Part shown: positions 58,883 through 64,000 of the stretch, in pieces
Numbering within the stretch: the stretch's first letter is position 1
Layout of the letters: each line of letters opens with the position of its first letter
Source: Gemmatimonadales bacterium
GTDB taxonomy: Bacteria > Gemmatimonadota > Gemmatimonadetes > Gemmatimonadales > GWC2-71-9
Direction of reading: 5' to 3'
Assembly: GCA_039794085.1 (NCBI GenBank)
Contig: JBDIWC010000002.1
Location: 9,829 to 73,828, forward strand
Length of the DNA stretch: 64,000 nt
The notes under the pieces: generated by a model
What the model saw: only the letters and a program-made list of their open reading frames with translations
Told to the model about the DNA's origin: nothing
Databases searched by the model: none
Translations under genes and position numbers: made by a program

Positions 58883-60964
58883 TTACTCCTTCGGGAGCAA
58901 CGCCTTGCGGGAGAGACGCATCCGGCCCCGCTCGTCGACCTCGAGGAGCTTCACCTTGACGATGTCGCCCTTTTTCACCACATCCTCGGTCTTCTCGGTC
59001 CGGGCATGCTGCAGTTCGCTGATGTGGAGGAGGCCTTCCACCCCGGGAATGATCTCCACGAAGGCCCCGAAGGCGGTCGTGCTCTTGACCGGGCCCTCGT
59101 ACACGCGGCCGATCTCCGGCTCCGCCACGATGGCCTGGATCATGTCCCGGGCCTTGGCCCCTGCCTCACCCCCGACAGCCGCCACGGTGATGATCCCGGA
59201 ATCGTCGACCGAGATCTTGGCGCCGGTGGCATCCTGGATTCCGCGAATCGTCTTGCCCTTGGGACCGATGATGTCCCCGATCTTGTCGGGCTTGATCTGG
59301 ATCGTGAAGATCCGCGGGGCGTAGGGGGAGAGCTCGGCCCGGGGCTCGGCGAGCACCTTGGTCATTTCGCCGAGAATGTGGAGCCGGCCCACCCGGGCCC
59401 GGTCCAGCGCATCCGACATGATCGCCAGATCGAGGCCCTCGATCTTGATGTCCATTTGAATCGAGGTGATCCCGTCCTTCGTTCCGGCCACCTTGAAGTC
59501 CATGTCGCCAAGATGGTCCTCGCTCCCCAGAATGTCGGTGAGGATCGCCATCTTCTTTCCCTCCTTGATCAACCCCATCGCCACACCGGCGCAGGGGGCC
59601 TTGAGGGGAACCCCGGCATCCATCATCGCCAGGGCGCCACCACAGACGCTCGCCATCGAGGAGGATCCGTTCGACTCGAGAATCTCGGAGACGATCCGGA
59701 GGGTGTAGGGGAAGGAGTCGAAGTCGGGCAGCAGCGGCTGCAGGGCCCGTTCGGCCAGGGCGCCGTGGCCGATCTCGCGGCGGCTCGTCCCCCGCATCAT
59801 CCGCACCTCGCCAGTGCAGTAGGGGGGGAAGTTGTAGTGCAACATGAACGACTTGGAGGTTTCGCTCGCCACGTCGATGCTGTCGATCCGCTGTTCGTCG
59901 TCGGAGGTACCGAGTGTCACGGCGACCAACGCCTGGGTCTCGCCCCGGGTGAACAAGGTCGATCCATGCGCCCGCGGGAGAAGGCCGGTTTCGATGGTGA
60001 TGGGGCGGACCGTGTCGCAATCGCGGCCATCCACCCGCTCCCCCTTGTCCAGCACCTGAGCCCGCATGACGCGGTACTCAATCTCCTCGATCTCCTGGCT
60101 GATCTCCTTGCCGCGATCCGGGAACTCAGCCGCCAGGGCCTCCTTCACCTCGCGCTTGACCTGGGCCAGACCGGCACTCCTCCCGGCCTTGTCCTTGGCG
60201 TTGATCGCCTTGGCCATCGCCTTCTCGGTCAGGGCCGTGACTCGGCTCACCAGCGCCTCATCCCGGGCGGGAGGCGTCCATTCCATCTTCGGGCGGGCGG
60301 CCTGCCCGATCAGGCGTCCGGTGATCGCCACCAGGTCGCGGATCCCCTGCTGTGCCACCTTCAAGGCCTCGACCATCTCCGCCTCGGAGACCTCGAGCGA
60401 GCCTCCCTCGACCATCACGATCGAGTCGGCCGTTCCACTCACGACCAGATCGATGGTGGAAAACTCGAGCTGCTGGAAGGTGGGATTCAGGATCCAGTTC
60501 CCGTCCACGCGACCCACCCGCACCGCGGCCAGGGGCCCCTTCCAGGGCACCTTCGAGAGGGCGAGCGCCGTCGCGGCCGCCGTGGCCCCGATCACATCGG
60601 CGTCGTTTTCCTGGTCGGCCGAGATGACGGTGACGAAGACCTGGATCTCGTTCTTGAACCCCTCGGGAAAGAGGGGCCGAATCGAGCGGTCGATCAGGCG
60701 GCAGGCGAGGGTTTCCTTGTCGGAGAGCCGGCCTTCCCGCTTGATGAAGCCGCCGGGAAACTTGCCCGCCGCGTAGGTCTTTTCCCGATACTCGACTGTG
60801 AGGGGGAAGAACGGGAGGGTGGAGAGGTTGGGCGAGACCGTCACGGCCGCGAGGACCATCGTGTCCCCGTACCGGATCAGCACGGAGCCCGCCGCCTGCT
60901 TGGCCATCCGCCCGGTCTCGAGCGTCAGGGTCCGTCCGGCGAAATCAGTTTCAATCTTGTGCAC
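58883..60964 (-). CDS. pnp: polynucleotide phosphorylase
   Basis: 693 aa, two RNase PH domains, KH and C-terminal S1 domain (GDIVKVKLLEVDERGRMRLS). Confidence 0.9.
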   Translation of the reverse strand: MHKIETDFAGRTLTLETGRMAKQAAGSVLIRYGDTMVLAAVTVSPNLSTLPFFPLTVEYREKTYAAGKFPGGFIKREGRLSDKETLACRLIDRSIRPLFPEGFKNEIQVFVTVISADQENDADVIGATAAATALALSKVPWKGPLAAVRVGRVDGNWILNPTFQQLEFSTIDLVVSGTADSIVMVEGGSLEVSEAEMVEALKVAQQGIRDLVAITGRLIGQAARPKMEWTPPARDEALVSRVTALTEKAMAKAINAKDKAGRSAGLAQVKREVKEALAAEFPDRGKEISQEIEEIEYRVMRAQVLDKGERVDGRDCDTVRPITIETGLLPRAHGSTLFTRGETQALVAVTLGTSDDEQRIDSIDVASETSKSFMLHYNFPPYCTGEVRMMRGTSRREIGHGALAERALQPLLPDFDSFPYTLRIVSEILESNGSSSMASVCGGALAMMDAGVPLKAPCAGVAMGLIKEGKKMAILTDILGSEDHLGDMDFKVAGTKDGITSIQMDIKIEGLDLAIMSDALDRARVGRLHILGEMTKVLAEPRAELSPYAPRIFTIQIKPDKIGDIIGPKGKTIRGIQDATGAKISVDDSGIITVAAVGGEAGAKARDMIQAIVAEPEIGRVYEGPVKSTTAFGAFVEIIPGVEGLLHISELQHARTEKTEDVVKKGDIVKVKLLEVDERGRMRLSRKALLPKE

Positions 60965-61002
60965 GTGTGTGTCCCAATTTGGAAGGAAGACGCCAATACA
61001 AC

Positions 61003-61030
61003 GATGGCGCCCCCAGAGTGGGACGCCATC
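61003..61030 (-). terminator. rpsO terminator / pnp leader stem-loop
   Basis: imperfect inverted repeat GATGGCGCCCCCAGAGTGGGACGCCATC between rpsO stop and pnp start. Confidence 0.4.
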
Positions 61031-61045
61031 GCAGAACCGCCGCGG

Positions 61046-61306
61046 CTAGTGCCGGAGGCCCAGCTCGGCGATCAGGGCACGGTACCCCTCGAGGTCCGTG
61101 CGCTTGTAGTAGGTCAGCAACCGCCGACGGGATCCCACCATCTTGAGCAGACCGCGGCGCCCGTGGTGATCCTTGGCGTGGGTCCGGAAGTGGTCGGTGA
61201 GGGAGTTGATCCGTTCGGTGAGGAGCGAAACCTGGACCCGGGTGGACCCGGTGTCGGTTTCATGCATGCGATGCTTCTCGACCACGGCCTGCTTGTTGTA
61301 CGTCAT
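61046..61306 (-). CDS. rpsO: 30S ribosomal protein S15
   Basis: 86 aa aligns with S15 ([22 protein letters not shown]...HHGRRGLL); start ATG 61306 preceded by GAGGAAAG. Confidence 0.85.
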   Translation of the reverse strand: MTYNKQAVVEKHRMHETDTGSTRVQVSLLTERINSLTDHFRTHAKDHHGRRGLLKMVGSRRRLLTYYKRTDLEGYRALIAELGLRH

Positions 61307-61371
61307 TGCTTTCCTCGGCTGGCCCGGACGGGCCTTCATCGTTTGATACCGTAATCATCTATAGCATTTCA

Positions 61372-61400
61372 ATATAGCTTCTGTCCGGTCGGGAAATCAA
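61372..61400 (-). promoter_or_regulatory. candidate sigma70-type promoter of rpsO (-35 TTGATT, 17-nt spacer, -10 CTATAT)
   Basis: AT-rich block on minus strand TTGATTtcccgaccggacagaagCTATATtgaaatgc about 60 nt upstream of rpsO ATG. Confidence 0.35.
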
Positions 61401-61691
61401 CTCCTGATCCGATGACCGGCGGACCGACCTTGTCCATCTTTCCCCGAGAGCCCGGGTCCGCCCGAGAGAAGCCTGAGAATCTGCCACTCAGGGAGAGCAA
61501 GATCACCGGACCAGTTCCCCTGGACCGGGCTCGAGAAGTACTGGATATACAACATCAGGTGGTAGGTACTATGATATTATCCTACAAGTTGTTATGGCTG
61601 ATTGGCAAAGGTGTCACGAACCAGCTGAATCGCTGACTCTGTTGCCCCGGTCGGCACGGGCGACGCACGCGTCGCCCCTACACGGAGATCC

Positions 61692-62933
61692 CTACTCCCT
61701 GCTCCCTGCTCCCAGCCGATACATCCGGACCCACTCCAGGTCGTCCTCGTCCTGCCAGACGCCGAGAATCCAGTCGGATCCGACGTCCATGGTGCGGAAG
61801 CGGGGGGGGAGACGGACTTCTCCGAGGACCCTCCCGTCCCCGTCGAAGACAACATGAATCCGCGGCATCGTGTCGAGAGCGGCGTAGCGCTCCACCCAGA
61901 GGGTCCCGTCCGAGGCCCGTTTCAGGCCCTGCATCACCGGTTCCAGGTCGGGCACCGGCCAATTATCCCAGGCGGTGGCGATCCGCTCCCGCTGGGGACC
62001 GGGATCCGTGGCCTCGATACGCGCCTCCTTCATCGCCGCATACAGGTCCGGGGGAAAGGCCCTGGTGGGCTCGTCCATCCGGATCAGCCCGGCGAGTGAA
62101 CCATCCCGTCTCCGGCCCTCGATTTCCCAGCGATCCGAACTCATGGCCCAGATCAGGGAATCGGCCACGACGGCCTGCGCCATCCGCCGCACCGGGAGCG
62201 ACATGATTTCGACGGTCCGGATCCGGCTGCCTTCCATGCTGATGGAGAGGAAGGATTCCCCGGCGGGAAGGGTCGTCAGCGTGTCGACCGGACCGGGAGG
62301 GCCCTGGAGAAGTGCAAATCGCGTGGTGTCCCTGATCACACCGGACTGTGGGATGGAGTTGCCACCGAAACTCAATCCGCCCGGCCGCACCAGCCAGGTG
62401 TTGTCCCCCGCATGCGCCAGCACGGTCCGTCGACCACCTCCGCCCGCCTCCCCGGCAAAGGACACCTCGCGGGCCAGGCCGGTCGTGGTAAAGATGCTCA
62501 GACGTGCGTGGGATCCATCCCAGACACCGAAGGAGTCCGCCGGAAGCGGGACGAGCGACACCATCCCCTCGAACTCGCCCGGGCCCCCGCCCTTCCGGCC
62601 GAAGGTGGCCCGCCGGGTTCCATCGGCGTCGAAGATCGCGATCGTGCTGGTTCCGGCACTCGCCACCACAAGGCTCCCGTCCGACAGCCGGTGCGCCCCG
62701 ACGATCCGGAGGAGTTCCCCCTCCCCGGTGACCGGGGCGATCTCCACCAAGGGAATCTCGTCAATCTCCCGCCAGACGACCCCTCCAGCGCTTCCGTTGT
62801 CCACAATGCGGATGCCGGCACTGTCCCGGATCTCGGTGCGGAGCGCGGGGTCATGGCCCGAGCCGGCGGATCCGCCACAAGCGGCGAGGGTGACGCCGAG
62901 CAGGAGTCCGGGAGTGCGCGCACACGAATGCAT
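61692..62933 (-). CDS. lipoprotein with beta-propeller-like (NHL/TolB-like) repeats, unknown function
   Basis: lipobox GVTLAACGG after ATG 62933; repeated G-rich beta-strand blades; stop codon embedded in CCCTACTCCCTGCTCCC motif. Confidence 0.5.
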   Translation of the reverse strand: MHSCARTPGLLLGVTLAACGGSAGSGHDPALRTEIRDSAGIRIVDNGSAGGVVWREIDEIPLVEIAPVTGEGELLRIVGAHRLSDGSLVVASAGTSTIAIFDADGTRRATFGRKGGGPGEFEGMVSLVPLPADSFGVWDGSHARLSIFTTTGLAREVSFAGEAGGGGRRTVLAHAGDNTWLVRPGGLSFGGNSIPQSGVIRDTTRFALLQGPPGPVDTLTTLPAGESFLSISMEGSRIRTVEIMSLPVRRMAQAVVADSLIWAMSSDRWEIEGRRRDGSLAGLIRMDEPTRAFPPDLYAAMKEARIEATDPGPQRERIATAWDNWPVPDLEPVMQGLKRASDGTLWVERYAALDTMPRIHVVFDGDGRVLGEVRLPPRFRTMDVGSDWILGVWQDEDDLEWVRMYRLGAGSRE

Positions 62934-63099
62934 TGAGCGGCCCTTTCGTTGGGATACCGGCGGTTCAGGGTGGCAAGCCCGGGTGAGTAGATCGGAATAT
63001 GCCTCAACCGGGGTTCGATGGCCAGTCCCCCGGCGGAGTCGCGAAGAAGAGGTGAGGGTCACTCCCCTTCAGCCGCCCCAAGAAGGGGTCACGCGAAGC

Positions 63100-64000
63100 C
63101 GCGAAGAGTGCCAATCCGCTCCCCGCCACCCAATAGTGATGGTGACGGGGTCGGGAGGGGCGTTTCGTGTGTTTTCGTGCTTTTCGTGGTTCCGATTCGC
63201 TGGCGCAGGGTTCCACGGCGCGACTCTCGGCGCAACGCGGGAGGGTCATTCCCCCGCCCACAACCCCAAACGGGGTCACGCGAAGACGCGAAGGGGGGGA
63301 AAACGCGGACATCGTCATCGGGCCGGAATCCGGAATGGGCTCGCACGAAGACACGAAGACACGAAGGGGTGGGCATCGACGGGATCATCGTGAACTTCCA
63401 CTCCTCTCCCCTCACTTTTCGGAAGAGTTCACACGAAGGCACGAAGGACACGAAGCCCCCCCCAGCCACCAATTGTGTGATGGTGGTGAGTGTCGGGAGG
63501 GGCCTTTCGTGCGTTTTCGTGTCTTTCGTGGTTCCCATTCAGCACGAGCCGGGCTCTGCACGACTCTGCCCGGTGAGCAAGGGAGGTCACTCCCCGCCCA
63601 CAACCCAGACGGGGTCACGCGAAGACGCGAAGAGTGCCAAGCCACTCCCCACCACCAACGTGGTGGTGGGGATGAGGTCGAAGGGTCTTTCGTGTATTTT
63701 CGTGTCTTTCGTGGTTCCCATTCAGCACGAGCCGGGCTCTGCACGACTCTGCCCGGTGAGCAAGGGAGGTCACTCCCCGCCCACAACCCAGACGGGGTAA
63801 CGCGAAGCCGCGAATGGGGGGGGGACGCGGACACCGTCATCGGGCCGGAATCCGGAATGGACTCGCACGAAGGCACGAAGGCACGAAGGGGTGGGCATCG
63901 CCGGGATCCTCGTGAATTTCCCCTCACTTCTCGGAAGAGCTCACGCGAAGCCGCGAAGAGTGCCAAGCCACTCCCCACCACCAGATTGGCGATGACGGTG
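63100..64000. repeat. mosaic tandem array (3 or more units of about 185-330 bp) of the CACGAAG/CGCGAAG-triplet hairpin modules plus CCACCA..TGGTGG mini-hairpins; continues beyond window end
   Basis: near-identical about 95-bp blocks at 63521-63616 and 63713-63808; arms CACGAAGACACGAAGACACGAAGG, CACGAAGGCACGAAGGCACGAAGG, TTTCGTGTATTTTCGTGTCTTTCGTGG, GTCACGCGAAGACGCGAAG repeated. Confidence 0.85.

Noticed and set aside
61412-61636. ORF 61412-61636 (+, 74 aa)
   Set aside because: Spans the AT-rich island, lacks RBS and conserved features; more likely noncoding.
63018-63981. ORFs 63018-63800 (+) and 63412-63981 (-) as protein-coding genes
   Set aside because: They run through the tandem repeat array and translate to repetitive low-complexity peptides; most parsimonious as noncoding repeat DNA.
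63100-64000. CRISPR array
   Set aside because: Units are 185-330 bp mosaics with internal inverted repeats, not 23-47 bp constant repeats separated by unique similar-length spacers; no cas genes nearby.

Overview
High-GC (about 68-70%) bacterial chromosomal window, gene-dense; gene content suggests a Gram-negative, possibly Gemmatimonadota-like lineage (low confidence). Housekeeping genes sit in long operons on both strands, and adjacent genes repeatedly overlap by 4 nt (ATGA/GTGA/TGATG). Plus-strand super-operon: truA-htrA-purB-purC-psd-pssA-purS-purQ-(Zn-ribbon)-purL-purF-ppdK-purE-purK (about 12.99-28.29 kb). Minus-strand blocks: rpsO-pnp-M16 peptidase-ald-dut; mreBCD-mrdA-rodA; accD-folC; hisS-proS-lysA-guaA; dus-larB-corA-GGDEF; flotillin-NfeD. 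A further minus-strand block puts a HEAT-repeat protein, an HD-GYP c-di-GMP phosphodiesterase and a membrane GAF/MCP-signalling protein in front of folK, yqeK and a LytR_C-domain protein, divergent from lexA. RNA: one tmRNA (ssrA) on the minus strand at about 33968-34329 with its terminator; no rRNA or convincing tRNA. Most unusual: a dispersed family of composite intergenic repeats at seven or more loci, each with hairpins whose arms are three helically phased CACGAA/CACAAA/CGCGAAG direct repeats. These are joined by GTACNN hexamer microsatellites and a CCCTACTCCC(T)GCTCCC motif, and end in a mosaic tandem array (63.1-64.0 kb, running off the window). A 16-nt homopolymeric C/G tract lies directly upstream of a hypothetical protein plus outer-membrane beta-barrel gene pair and is a candidate phase-variation switch. 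No CRISPR, transposase, integrase or recognisable defence system was found.
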